A DNA stretch of 64,000 nucleotides from a virus (IMGVR_UViG_2901146262_000001:1-64000), one strand, 5' to 3'. Counted from the first letter of the stretch, positions 50,408 to 60,829 are shown. The notes: a model not told the origin generated them from the sequence alone. Made by a program: numbers and translations.

Positions 50408-51730
50408 CTCAAGTGCATCATCTACATAGTTAGGTGTTAGATAAAATATGATATATAAAATTTGTAACTCAGATTAATTTCTGGGTTATTTTTTATGGAT
50501 CGATAGACAGTGTATCGAATGAATGTAGGTGCAGCATGGATTATACTATTAATATGCATCATGTATAGGCTTAAATTGACGTATCGACTACTTTGTCTCG
50601 AACAAACATAGGCTTGGCAAGGGTTATACGGTGATTATACATAGCTTTTTGTTAAAATGAGTAAATATTGGTGTAGTATGATATGAGGAAAACTATTGAT
50701 ACTATTGACTTCATTCGAGACGCTCCCGAGACCGTTTACGAGACAAAATTTGCATAATTTACGTATATATTTATATTTTAATTTATATTATTTTACATTT
50801 AATTTGGCTAATTTATATTGAGCGTGGAAATGGAACAGTTGGCCTTATATATGCGGAATATTCTATATTCATGGACTTTTCAGACCCCCCTCTAATGGGT
50901 GAAACCCTTTGATACCATTGATATTTACTGTCCTACTAATATACGTTATACCGACAGTTTCGCTGATAATCATTGGTGTGACAATGTTTATGATTAATTG
51001 GAAAGTATATACTTTAATGTAATAAATTAACTGACAATAGACTATACCGCTTGTGTGTACCACCTTAAATGTAAAGCAAACTTTACTTTTCGCCTTAGTA
51101 ACACAAAAATATAATTGCAAGTATTATAATATAAAAGGTACTAAATATTAATCACTACCTTGTATTAAACAGTAGTATAGATCCAATATAAAATATAATA
51201 AATATCCATAAAATTGTATAATCATACTAACTCTGTCTCACTCTCTCGCCACTCTGTCCAATAAATATATATAATACAGTCAATATAAATCAATAAGTAA
51301 ATGTAATCATATAATCTCAATCAAACTAAACCTATATTTCAATTGTATTATATATAAAATTAAATAATAAAATAAATATAAAAATAATATTATAATATAT
51401 AAATGTAACCGAACATAGGCAAGCACATCATGAGCAACACATACCCATATCATCATGCAGTCACATCACACACATGCACCATGTATCAATAGGCATAGGC
51501 AATCAATAGTATCAATCATACTCATGCACGTTAAGCCTATGCATGCCACACACTCTACTCTATTACGATCTATCCTATATACTCTAGTCTATCCATTCAA
51601 TCACACATACAATCGTACAATAGGCAGCCAATCAATATATAATATAATTGTATATAATGCACAATCAAATGTATCAAAGTATACACAATCAACAAACTTT
51701 AATTATATACTCAATTAAGTCAATATATAC

Positions 51731-51759
51731 TTGTATAAGTATATGATTCGTGTTATAAT
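51731..51759 (+). promoter_or_regulatory. SigA promoter with extended -10 at the start of the small-gene array
   Basis: TTGTAT-17nt-TATAAT with TG upstream of the -10. Confidence 0.65.
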
Positions 51760-52083
51760 ATACTTATACAGAGTTAAGGAAAGGGATTGATTTCCACTGT
51801 CCAAACTCTAATCGAGTATCAGCTTACTAATGAACATTGACAATCTTATACAACTATCCTATCAATAGGAATGCTACTCATGGACAAGAAAAAGATGCAC
51901 GGATCATTGCACGTTATAGCATATGGAAGTATGATAAGCATACGATACATGGATAAGATGCCATGAACCAAGTAACATACCATAGCATGAAACAGTAGCA
52001 ATCACATTGTATTATCATATGAATGCATTATAATCTATATAGTATATTGATATGGAAATACAATAAGAAGGGAAGTAATAGCA

Positions 52084-52302
52084 ATGAGATACAATCAAAA
52101 ATTAGCTACAATATGTGATTACTTGCAAGCAATTGATAAGAACGGTTTCTATCATGAATTATTAGACGAGTATTCCAATGGTGAAATAAGTTTAACCGAT
52201 GCATTAGAGGAATGTAAACAGTCATTAGAATCATTAAAGCATGAAACAGATGTTACAGACGCAAGAACAATACAATCATTTATAAACTATATTAACTACT
52301 AA
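52084..52302 (+). CDS. Hypothetical early protein
   Basis: ORF with a purine-rich RBS. Confidence 0.6.
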   Translation: MRYNQKLATICDYLQAIDKNGFYHELLDEYSNGEISLTDALEECKQSLESLKHETDVTDARTIQSFINYINY

Positions 52303-52336
52303 GCAATTACATAATTATAAAAGGAGACAATACAAT

Positions 52337-52666
52337 ATGAATATAGAACAATTTAAACTAGATTTAATAGATGAGGGCTACCAACTAACAAATAATATAC
52401 ATGAAGGCATATGGATACTGACGGACGGTAGTATGATTGACGGTGTATACGACATGGGAAAGCGTTCCGAGGAACACAGAATGATGGAATCATTCACCGA
52501 TATAGACAGGTATGACGATTCATTCTGGGACGTTGTAGTAAAGGAATATAGTCTTGTCATGATCATTCCAGAGACTCAATGCATTCTAGTTAAGCCGTGG
52601 CAGACAGTCACACAGGAACAACAATCAATAATGGATCAATTAGGTTATGAAGTAGAACAATACTAA
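52337..52666 (+). CDS. Hypothetical early protein
   Basis: AAGGAG RBS; GIWIL.DGSMI motif. Confidence 0.7.
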   Translation: MNIEQFKLDLIDEGYQLTNNIHEGIWILTDGSMIDGVYDMGKRSEEHRMMESFTDIDRYDDSFWDVVVKEYSLVMIIPETQCILVKPWQTVTQEQQSIMDQLGYEVEQY

Positions 52667-52710
52667 TATTTTTTAATTAAAATTAAGTAACAATATAACG
52701 AATAAAGCAC

Positions 52711-52739
52711 TTGCATTTACCATTAAGTAATGTTATAAT
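52711..52739 (+). promoter_or_regulatory. SigA promoter with two operator copies
   Basis: TTGCAT-17nt-TATAAT; operators at 52681 and 52722. Confidence 0.7.
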
Positions 52740-52795
52740 ATAATTATAGCAAGGTTAGGAAATACAAAATAAATCAACTCAAAGGAGAAAATATA

Positions 52796-53077
52796 ATGAA
52801 AACTTTACTCGGTGTATCACTATTAATTAAAGTATTGATTGTCCCAACGTTTGCAGGCGACATTGCAGCTAATGAAGTGTTGAATTGTGAGGTTGTTCCA
52901 CTATCAGAATACGGATTCGAGCAACAATCAGAATATCATGAGTATGTTTGCAAGAATCCAAGAAATGACGCTGATTTTACAATTATCTATGATGTATCTG
53001 ACGAATACAAGTTAGGCGATAATCTTACAGTAGGACTTAATAAGCATAATGAAGTAATTTCAATGGACAAACAATAG
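52796..53077 (+). CDS. Secreted/exported hypothetical protein
   Basis: MK + hydrophobic signal ending TFA; AAGGAG RBS. Confidence 0.65.
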   Translation: MKTLLGVSLLIKVLIVPTFAGDIAANEVLNCEVVPLSEYGFEQQSEYHEYVCKNPRNDADFTIIYDVSDEYKLGDNLTVGLNKHNEVISMDKQ

Positions 53078-53106
53078 TAACTAAAATTAAAAGGAGAATG
53101 ATAAAA

Positions 53107-53310
53107 ATGAGTTACCCAAAAGCATATCAACCAGAACGAGGGTATAAGTATCAAATATTAGTCAAAACGCCTTACGATAGAGCATACGAGCATTGCGACT
53201 ATGCAGCGGACAGGAAGGAATTTAAGCATTTAACAAATGAATACAAATTAGCATATGGTGCAGGATATGAATTTAAGCCTATATTACTTCCACAAAAATA
53301 TTGGAAATAA
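53107..53310 (+). CDS. Hypothetical early protein
   Basis: AAGGAG RBS. Confidence 0.65.
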   Translation: MSYPKAYQPERGYKYQILVKTPYDRAYEHCDYAADRKEFKHLTNEYKLAYGAGYEFKPILLPQKYWK

Positions 53311-53336
53311 ACTATATTAAAAAGGAGATAAATAAA

Positions 53337-53678
53337 ATGATAATACAAGCTAACGAACAAATGGCAAAGGAAATTAAAGTTGATACTCTAAAATTAAGAT
53401 CGCATATGTTAGACATGGCATATGATGGAAAAGAGGGCTTGCCACAATGGAACGGCATAAAATCTGGCAGCTACCTTAACAGAAAAACATCAAAGGAGTA
53501 CGTTATCAATAAATTAAATAATCTAATTGACCATAAAGCAATTAATATTACATTACAAGAACAATGCCGAAAAGCCGTAATAATAATAGATGAAAACATG
53601 AACGAATGGGAAATAATAGATAGGCTTATGAAGCATGGAATACATGGTTATTATTCCGGAAAAGTAATAATAGATTAA
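53337..53678 (+). CDS. Hypothetical early protein
   Basis: Start moved to the ATG after AAGGAG. Confidence 0.65.
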   Translation: MIIQANEQMAKEIKVDTLKLRSHMLDMAYDGKEGLPQWNGIKSGSYLNRKTSKEYVINKLNNLIDHKAINITLQEQCRKAVIIIDENMNEWEIIDRLMKHGIHGYYSGKVIID

Positions 53679-53726
53679 TCAATTTTATTTACCTAAAATT
53701 AAGTAGCATTATACTATAAATAATGC

Positions 53727-53755
53727 TTGCAATTACATTAAGGTGATGTTATAAT
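53727..53755 (+). promoter_or_regulatory. SigA promoter with two operator copies
   Basis: TTGCAA-17nt-TATAAT; operators at 53697 and 53737. Confidence 0.7.
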
Positions 53756-53813
53756 ATAATTAACAGTTAAGAAGTAATAAAAAATAAATCAATTCAAAGG
53801 AGCAATAAACACT

Positions 53814-54077
53814 ATGACAACAATAATACATCTATCTAAAAACATTCAAGAGTTACCCAAGCAAATAATAAATTGGGAAATAACACCCGAAGAGGTTAAG
53901 GAATTTATAATATCAAACGGCACAGATTATAGGGTTTTCTCAAGTCAGGAATTAATAATATATAACGGAATGAAAATGATAGCAAGTTGCACAATAGGTG
54001 GTATTGCAGACATGGAAGACGATACAAGGTTTGATATAGAGAATTGTTGGACAGAGCAAGGCAACATATGGATATAG
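53814..54077 (+). CDS. Hypothetical early protein
   Basis: AAGGAG RBS. Confidence 0.65.
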   Translation: MTTIIHLSKNIQELPKQIINWEITPEEVKEFIISNGTDYRVFSSQELIIYNGMKMIASCTIGGIADMEDDTRFDIENCWTEQGNIWI

Positions 54078-54117
54078 CTTTAAACGCTCGCATAACAGAT
54101 TAAAAGGAGGAAATAGC

Positions 54118-54228
54118 ATGAGGGGAATAATAGACAAGATACAATCATATGAATTAGTTGATTACGGAATAATAATAATGTTTATCATATCATTAATAAT
54201 ATTAAATATAACTTGTTACAATCTATAA
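54118..54228 (+). CDS. 36-aa single-TM peptide (not in the ORF track)
   Basis: AGGAGG RBS; MRGIIDKIQSYELVDYGIIIMFIISLIILNITCYNL. Confidence 0.5.
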   Translation: MRGIIDKIQSYELVDYGIIIMFIISLIILNITCYNL

Positions 54229-54264
54229 TTAAGTATCTTTATAGTAAAATAAATTATAAAACAC

Positions 54265-54293
54265 TTGACTATTAACTCATATGAGTATATAAT
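54265..54293 (+). promoter_or_regulatory. SigA promoter with the palindrome ACTCATATGAGT in its spacer
   Basis: TTGACT-17nt-TATAAT. Confidence 0.7.
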
Positions 54294-54335
54294 AAAGATA
54301 GTTAAAAAATACAAATTAATTGGAGGTTTTACATT

Positions 54336-54626
54336 ATGAGAAAAATAGAGAATCTGACAGTAGCATTTAAAAAAGAATTGTCTAACATTGAACTAAAGGG
54401 AATTGAAATAATAATAAATGAGAATAAAGAAATCCCATCAACTGATAAATTGGGAATGGCGTACACATCATCAAGCAGCTATGGAATGTATAACGCATGT
54501 AACGAACAACAATACTATGATGGAATAATAATAAGCCATTTTGCAATAACGGAAAATAATATGCTAATTATGGCATGTCATGACAATAATGAAAACTACA
54601 CTTATTACGAAGTGGAAGACATATAA
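54336..54626 (+). CDS. Hypothetical early protein
   Basis: GGAGG RBS. Confidence 0.65.
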   Translation: MRKIENLTVAFKKELSNIELKGIEIIINENKEIPSTDKLGMAYTSSSSYGMYNACNEQQYYDGIIISHFAITENNMLIMACHDNNENYTYYEVEDI

Positions 54627-54706
54627 AAATACAAAATACATAGGGATTATTTACTCAATCCCTAACATACATAAAATAAAATTTAATTATAAGAGGTGAA
54701 AACACT

Positions 54707-54889
54707 ATGAATAAAGAAATTAACTTCATTGATCCATATGAAAATAAAATCAGTCTAATTGTAAATAATGGAAGTGTAACATTTAAGGCGTTTGGTCGTG
54801 AAACTTTACACCCTGCATTTATGATTAATGATATTATTGAAGTATTGGAAAATGATTACAATTGTAAAATGTTAGCGAATATCGCATAA
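54707..54889 (+). CDS. Hypothetical early protein
   Basis: GAGGTG RBS. Confidence 0.6.
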   Translation: MNKEINFIDPYENKISLIVNNGSVTFKAFGRETLHPAFMINDIIEVLENDYNCKMLANIA

Positions 54890-54944
54890 ATAAAATTTTT
54901 TAACTACTATTAAGTATCATTATAGTATAATTGGAGGTTATTAA

Positions 54945-55228
54945 ATGGTTATTGCAGAGGTGCGCCACGTATGGAAAAAAGACATTAACGGCAAGGCTTC
55001 ATTGTATAAAGAGGTGTTAGTCAATGGGAAATGGTATGAGTTAAATTGCGAGGGTAGAATAATATGATTAAACGGTTTTTAATTGGTCTGTCACTATCTG
55101 TAATTATGATAGCAGGAATCGCAACGGATAGCACAGTACGAACAAGTAATATAAGCGACACTATGAAGCAATTACAAAGCAAGTCATGCAGTAATTATAT
55201 TGTCAATAATGAACAGATTAAATGTTAA
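54945..55228 (+). CDS. Two coupled micro-ORFs (54945-55067; 55064-55228, with a signal-like N-terminus)
   Basis: GGAGG RBS; ATGA overlap; translated by hand. Confidence 0.5.
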
Positions 55229-55250
55229 TTAAATACAGGAGGTTTTGAAA

Positions 55251-55520
55251 ATGAAATTTTATACAGTTATAGCTCATTTTGATTTATCAATGCATACTGA
55301 ATGGGAAGTTAAAAGCTTTACTAGGTTAGAGAATGCGAGCAAGTTTGGCAAGGAAATGAAACAGAAATTTTTAACAATGATCAATGGGAGCAAATTAGAT
55401 CAAATGGAAAGCCATGAGGACGATAGAGGGGAGCCACAATTCTATAACTTTTATGGTGTATGCGAATTAGGCGAAAACTTTGCAACGATTGAAATTAGCG
55501 AACAGGAATTTGCTGATTAA
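55251..55520 (+). CDS. Hypothetical early protein
   Basis: AGGAGG RBS. Confidence 0.65.
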   Translation: MKFYTVIAHFDLSMHTEWEVKSFTRLENASKFGKEMKQKFLTMINGSKLDQMESHEDDRGEPQFYNFYGVCELGENFATIEISEQEFAD

Positions 55521-55564
55521 TTTAAAACTATAATTTTATTAGAAAAAAAAGGGGTCGGAGTGTT

Positions 55565-55735
55565 ATGGAAATAGAAAATGTGCTGAAAGTTGTTGACGAT
55601 ACTATTGAGCAAATGAATAAAAATGCAATGGATTGCTTACAAGAAAGAGATAGAAAGAATGCTAAAAAATATATGCAATATGCAGATGGGATAAGAATGG
55701 TTAAAGATAATATCGAATTTAATTTTAGCAATTAA
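55565..55735 (+). CDS. 56-aa hypothetical protein (not in the ORF track)
   Basis: GGAG RBS; translated by hand. Confidence 0.55.
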   Translation: MEIENVLKVVDDTIEQMNKNAMDCLQERDRKNAKKYMQYADGIRMVKDNIEFNFSN

Positions 55736-55787
55736 TTAAATAAAAGTCACAATTTATTAAAAAATTAAATTAAAAGGAGAATGTAAA

Positions 55788-55985
55788 ATGGAAAAAGTAA
55801 AAGTATCTATTTTAGGAGAAATTGAAAATGATGAAAAATTATATAGTGTGGCAATATTCCCTGTAGGAACAGAGATAGCTTCATACACTGAATTTGGTTT
55901 CCCTAGTCGTGAAGACGCTGAATTTCATGTTAGCGAAATGATGGATATTGAAATTATTGAAACGGAAATTACAGAAGAATTTTAA
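55788..55985 (+). CDS. Hypothetical protein
   Basis: AAGGAG RBS. Confidence 0.65.
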   Translation: MEKVKVSILGEIENDEKLYSVAIFPVGTEIASYTEFGFPSREDAEFHVSEMMDIEIIETEITEEF

Positions 55986-56021
55986 GATAAAAACAACAAT
56001 TTAAAAGGAGAATGATTATAA

Positions 56022-56201
56022 ATGGAATACAATAGACAATCAACAATTGACTGGTTAGAAAATAATCAAATTAATGGAGCATTTGAAGGATTTCCAGAAA
56101 ACAACTTAAATTTTAATGAGTTAAGCAATGAAGTATTAGAGTTTTACTTTTATGAATCAGTGTTACCAGAACGGTTAGAACAAGAAGAACAAGAAGGATA
56201 A
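56022..56201 (+). CDS. 59-aa acidic hypothetical protein (not in the ORF track)
   Basis: AAGGAG RBS; translated by hand. Confidence 0.55.
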   Translation: MEYNRQSTIDWLENNQINGAFEGFPENNLNFNELSNEVLEFYFYESVLPERLEQEEQEG

Positions 56202-56222
56202 AGCAAAGGAGAATGATCCACA

Positions 56223-56435
56223 ATGAAAAAGGATAACAAAAAAACAATGTCAGAACTATTATCAGAGTATAAGCATGGAAGTGATCAATATGAAACACGT
56301 TGCAACAAATGCTTATCGTACTTTGAAAGTGATGACGAATTAGAACTATTTTATGAAGACGCAAACGACTTAGAAACAGGATTTAAAGGTTGTCCAGAAT
56401 GCGAGACAGATAACTATTTAATGGACTTGAATTAA
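56223..56435 (+). CDS. Zn-ribbon-like small protein
   Basis: CNKC...CPEC; AAGGAG RBS. Confidence 0.65.
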   Translation: MKKDNKKTMSELLSEYKHGSDQYETRCNKCLSYFESDDELELFYEDANDLETGFKGCPECETDNYLMDLN

Positions 56436-56474
56436 AAAAACTACATTTCAACTTAAAAATTAGGAGGAATAAAA

Positions 56475-56729
56475 ATGAATACAATTCTTATAGATTTTAG
56501 CAACTTAGAAAACGAGGTAAAGCAAAAGGAAGTTGAATTATTACATGGTGAAAATTTATCTATGTTCATTAAGGATAAGTCTAATAACATATATGAAGCA
56601 GAAAAATATTTTGTAGGAAGTTATTTAGATGGGTTGCAATCAAACAAAGCAAAGGTAAGCTTTCATAAAATTTTGAGTAAGAATATAGAAGCAGTGGAAA
56701 ACCTTAGAATGAAAAAACTAATCGGATAA
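56475..56729 (+). CDS. Hypothetical protein
   Basis: AGGAGG RBS. Confidence 0.65.
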   Translation: MNTILIDFSNLENEVKQKEVELLHGENLSMFIKDKSNNIYEAEKYFVGSYLDGLQSNKAKVSFHKILSKNIEAVENLRMKKLIG

Positions 56730-56763
56730 AATCAATATTATATTAGGAGGAATTGGAATGATT

Positions 56764-57057
56764 ATGGCACAATCGCAATTAACAAATTTGGTAGACAGCT
56801 TAAAGTATGGACATGGAAATATAATTAGTAAAAATGAAAACTATGCAATAACAAAACCTTTAAATACATGGGATACCAACTACAGACTTTACGACAAAAA
56901 GGAAGGATTAACCTATCTTATTGATTGTGAGGACGTACAGGAAAACGAGGAACACTTAAATGAATATGGAGGTATCTTATTTCAAAGTCTTATAAACCTA
57001 GAAATTGAAGAAATTAAAAGCATATCATGGAAAACTGAAAAAGATAATTTTTATTAA
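56764..57057 (+). CDS. Hypothetical protein
   Basis: AGGAGG RBS. Confidence 0.65.
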   Translation: MAQSQLTNLVDSLKYGHGNIISKNENYAITKPLNTWDTNYRLYDKKEGLTYLIDCEDVQENEEHLNEYGGILFQSLINLEIEEIKSISWKTEKDNFY

Positions 57058-57080
57058 ACGACAAATAGGAGGAATGTAAA

Positions 57081-57251
57081 ATGATAGCAATTAAATGTAC
57101 ATATTCAAATGGTGATACATCTACAACAGACATAAACGGCACACTAGAAAGCGCAAAGGACTACTTTTTAAATCAGTGGTTTAACTTTGGGGACACGGAA
57201 GAAAAGCCACACGATGATATGCAGCAATGTATAAAAGTTGAATTAATATAA
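57081..57251 (+). CDS. 56-aa hypothetical protein (not in the ORF track)
   Basis: AGGAGG RBS; INGT.E.AK.YF motif. Confidence 0.6.
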   Translation: MIAIKCTYSNGDTSTTDINGTLESAKDYFLNQWFNFGDTEEKPHDDMQQCIKVELI

Positions 57252-57274
57252 AATTATTATTGGGAGGTTACGAC

Positions 57275-57508
57275 ATGAATATTAATTATAATGGTCTATC
57301 AGATAATGAGCAGGAAGTAATTGCAGCCACAATCAAGAATGGTTTTATGCATGGAATGATTGAAAATTTACATTGGAAAATAGGCTTTGAAACGCATGAC
57401 TGGGATAGTCAAGACGATAATTTACAGCACATTGCACACTTAATTAAAGAACATGATTGCACAAGCGGTGTTTATCCATCATGGAAATTAAAGTTTGAAA
57501 GAGTATAA
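57275..57508 (+). CDS. Hypothetical protein
   Basis: GGAGG RBS; start refined. Confidence 0.6.
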   Translation: MNINYNGLSDNEQEVIAATIKNGFMHGMIENLHWKIGFETHDWDSQDDNLQHIAHLIKEHDCTSGVYPSWKLKFERV

Positions 57509-57534
57509 ACAATATAATAATGGAGGTTGTCAAA

Positions 57535-57927
57535 ATGAAAGCAAATGCTTATGTAAAAATTGAGGAATCACCATCAAGTGGATATATTTCCATCAATGAG
57601 ATTATATTAGAAAATTATATTGATGAATCTTATAGGGAAAATATAGAAAGCGCAAAAGAATTTGATTTTAGAAATAAAGTAGAAACTTTGGAAGGTCATA
57701 AACTAAAGTATTTCTTCATGACAGTTGAATTTGACGGACGTAAAAAAAGTATTGCAGAAAATGACATTAAGCAATCATTAGAAAAGCAAGGGTTAGTCAC
57801 AAAGGTTGGCAGTAGCATGTTTGGCGGTTATTATCTACCAACAGAATATTTGCAAACAACTTTAAAAGAACAACTTAACAAAAGAAAAGAATTAATTAGC
57901 CAGGGGAAATATGAATTAATTGCATAA
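57535..57927 (+). CDS. Hypothetical protein
   Basis: GGAGG RBS; start refined. Confidence 0.65.
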   Translation: MKANAYVKIEESPSSGYISINEIILENYIDESYRENIESAKEFDFRNKVETLEGHKLKYFFMTVEFDGRKKSIAENDIKQSLEKQGLVTKVGSSMFGGYYLPTEYLQTTLKEQLNKRKELISQGKYELIA

Positions 57928-57978
57928 ATTCATTGTTTTATTCAGAGGACAACAATAAATTATATGGAGGTTGTTAAA

Positions 57979-58176
57979 ATGAATTGGGTAAAAAATAGCA
58001 ATTTTAAAGATTCTATAATAGAAAGAAGAAGCAAACAAAAATATTACGATATTAAAGTGATATACATGGACAGTACAACATATACAGGTATTTGGGCAAA
58101 CAATCCAGAAGAAGCAAAAAGCAAGGCTTATTATAAGTTTTTAGATGAAGATATAAGGAAAATAGAAATTCAATAA
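57979..58176 (+). CDS. Hypothetical protein
   Basis: GGAGG RBS; start refined. Confidence 0.6.
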   Translation: MNWVKNSNFKDSIIERRSKQKYYDIKVIYMDSTTYTGIWANNPEEAKSKAYYKFLDEDIRKIEIQ

Positions 58177-58215
58177 AACCGTTCTTATATTGAAAAATAA
58201 TTGGAGGTAATGAAA

Positions 58216-58398
58216 ATGAGTTATGAGTATATTGTGTCTTTTAACACTGATTTCGGAGAAGTTAGGGCAGTTATCGAGAATGATGAACCTATAGAAGATG
58301 ATAACACGTTGTACATGATTGCTTTAAATAAGATAAAAGAAAGTAGCGTTATGCAGATTACAGGCGAGTTAGACGAGTCGGACATTATGGAAATATAA
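58216..58398 (+). CDS. Hypothetical protein
   Basis: GGAGG RBS; start refined. Confidence 0.6.
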   Translation: MSYEYIVSFNTDFGEVRAVIENDEPIEDDNTLYMIALNKIKESSVMQITGELDESDIMEI

Positions 58399-58441
58399 CA
58401 AGTTAAAACCATTACTTTATTAAAAAATTGGAGGAATTAAA

Positions 58442-58781
58442 ATGATTGAATTAAATGAAAGAGTTGAGATTACACAGGGATATAGAACTGGTGATTTAGC
58501 AATGGTTATCTATGTTGACAATGACAATAATTTATGCAAAGTGGAATTTGATGATTATGAGTTTTATGGTTACGATATAAGCGATATTAGAAGTGTTTAC
58601 GCTTAATTCAATAAAACAAATATTTTAAGGGGTGGTTTGAATGAATGAAAAAGCAATGAGTTGGATTATTGAATTATTAGAGAGCGGTGAAGTTGAAAAA
58701 GCAAAAACTGTATTAAAAGATACTAAACACAGTATAGAAACAAAAAGAAGCAATGCAAAAAGTGGAAGAATATACATTTAA
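58442..58781 (+). CDS. Two micro-ORFs (58442-58606, SH3/KOW-like; 58641-58781)
   Basis: Each has an RBS; translated by hand. Confidence 0.5.
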
Positions 58782-58814
58782 GTTGAAATTAATCAATTAT
58801 GGGGGTATGGCACT

Positions 58815-59042
58815 ATGAATTTATTAACCAATGATCACATTAACTTATTAAAAAGTAATTTTGTATTAAGGAGTAAGTTTAATGTAAACGAATTTAGCTT
58901 TGACTGCCTAGAGGGTGAATGGCTAGTTACTAAAAATAACAACCATATTGACGTATTTACTTTTAGACTTATGGAAAATGAAGAGTTTGAACAGACAATA
59001 AATGATATATTCTATAATACTGAAAAGGTAACATTTCAATAA
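58815..59042 (+). CDS. Hypothetical protein
   Basis: G-rich RBS. Confidence 0.6.
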   Translation: MNLLTNDHINLLKSNFVLRSKFNVNEFSFDCLEGEWLVTKNNNHIDVFTFRLMENEEFEQTINDIFYNTEKVTFQ

Positions 59043-59068
59043 AATCAATCATTTAGGGGTGGTATAAG

Positions 59069-59399
59069 ATGGATCAACTAATAAAGGGTAGCAATAGTTA
59101 TAATTTTCTTAAATACATGCTTGATATAGCAAATGATTTAAAAAAGGAAGGGTATATAATAACAAGTGATATGACTATTAACGATGTAAGGGAGATTTAT
59201 TTCAGTCAAGAGAGGGCAGAACAATTTAAAAATAATCTTTAAGGGGTGATACAATATGTTTAAATTTATGAACACCAAAGAAAGATGCTTAGATTGTGGG
59301 GAAAAATTAAAAAATGAAACTCATATAATAAAAAATAAAGATGGACAGCATTTTTGTTCTAATTGGTGTAAAGACAATTGGAAAATGGATATTGAATAA
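59069..59399 (+). CDS. Two micro-ORFs (59069-59242; 59256-59399, CxxC/FCSxxC Zn finger)
   Basis: Each has a GGGGTG RBS; translated by hand. Confidence 0.5.
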
Positions 59400-59427
59400 A
59401 ATTAATCATTTAAAGAGGTGCAATGAT

Positions 59428-59625
59428 ATGGAATGCAAAGTTTGCGGACACAAGCATAATATAATAAGCTATGATCATTATGAGGTATCCCATGCAAATA
59501 CAGAAGAATTTATTCACATTCAAGGACATTTTACAATTGATTGGGGCAATGGATATAACAATTCACAAAGAGAAGTTTCTTTATATGCTTGTCCAGAATG
59601 TAATACTGTACAGATGGAAGTTTAA
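59428..59625 (+). CDS. Zn-ribbon-like small protein
   Basis: MECKVCG...LYACPEC; GAGGTG RBS; start refined. Confidence 0.6.
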   Translation: MECKVCGHKHNIISYDHYEVSHANTEEFIHIQGHFTIDWGNGYNNSQREVSLYACPECNTVQMEV

Positions 59626-59653
59626 AACAATATTATAATGATGTGTAAACGAT

Positions 59654-59860
59654 ATGAAACAATTTACAAACATTCCTTGTGACTTATATATCCATAAGGA
59701 CGAATTGCCAAAGATGGAACAAGGAGAACAAGGAACAGGCTACAAAGAAGTGACCAACAATGAACAGTATATACTTTATAGTAAACATGCTTTCCTGCAA
59801 ATAACAGAAAATGAAATAATAGATAAAAACAGTTATAAAGTATTATTCATAATGGAATAA
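59654..59860 (+). CDS. Hypothetical protein
   Basis: ORF within the array. Confidence 0.5.
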   Translation: MKQFTNIPCDLYIHKDELPKMEQGEQGTGYKEVTNNEQYILYSKHAFLQITENEIIDKNSYKVLFIME

Positions 59861-59888
59861 AATCAGTCTTTAAATGGAGGTAATTACA

Positions 59889-60080
59889 ATGGATAAATTG
59901 AATAGCTTTATTGAAAACAGATTAAAAGATGCGGAATCATACACAGAAAAAGCGGACTGTTTAGAGATAATAGAAATTACGTTGCAAAGTGTAAATAAGT
60001 TGAATGACAGTATTAAGCAACAGCTAGGCAAGCACTGGGAGCATATCAATAATGCAGAACATTTTAGATTACATGAATAG
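59889..60080 (+). CDS. Hypothetical protein
   Basis: GGAGG RBS; start refined. Confidence 0.6.
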   Translation: MDKLNSFIENRLKDAESYTEKADCLEIIEITLQSVNKLNDSIKQQLGKHWEHINNAEHFRLHE

Positions 60081-60544
60081 TGGCCGTGATTAATTATAAT
60101 CAAAAAAATTTAACCATAATTAGGTGACTATATAATACATTAGTATAAAATAGTAGGTTTTTTATTTCCTACTTTAAGGGTTGAAGCACCATTCAATTTT
60201 TAAACTAGAAAATAAAATAAATCAATGTATAAAAAGGGGTTGGAGAAATGGGAAACATCATTCTAGTGCCCATATAAGCAAGGCATGCAGGCTTTAATGT
60301 GATATTGATACTAGCATACAATAGTAGTTATAAAACCGTCAAAGTCGCTTATATCAAACAGTACAAATACAGTCTAAAATTAGCAAAAAATAAATTTAAA
60401 ATAAGCAACTTTGAAATGATTACTATAGAATTGAACAAATTCATATAACAGCACTACTCAAATATCGCTGCCATTTTCAACAAGCGCGGCGGGCGCGGGC
60501 GGCGGCAGAAAATAAAAATATAATATAAAAAGGGGAAATTTAAA

Positions 60545-60829
60545 ATGGAAAATGTATATTACTTTTATAACGGAACGGACAAACCTTGCGAGGTAGAATT
60601 AGACGAAATAATAATACAGGATAGTCTCATGGGGGATATGTTGGAGAGTTTCTGGGAAGATCACTCAGACTATGAGACAGACAAGGATAGTAGATACAAT
60701 GACGCTATGGGCATTACTTATGGAGTTTTGAGGAATCCAACGTTACAAGATTTTCAAGACATCAATGGCTATCACGGATTATCTCAAGAGGATTATTTAG
60801 AAGACTTTTTAATATATAGTTTTGCATAA
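60545..60829 (+). CDS. Acidic hypothetical protein
   Basis: AAGGGG RBS. Confidence 0.65.
   Translation: MENVYYFYNGTDKPCEVELDEIIIQDSLMGDMLESFWEDHSDYETDKDSRYNDAMGITYGVLRNPTLQDFQDINGYHGLSQEDYLEDFLIYSFA

Noticed and set aside
50869-51718. ORFs 50869-51120 and 51455-51718
   Set aside because: No RBS; composition reflects the biased non-coding DNA
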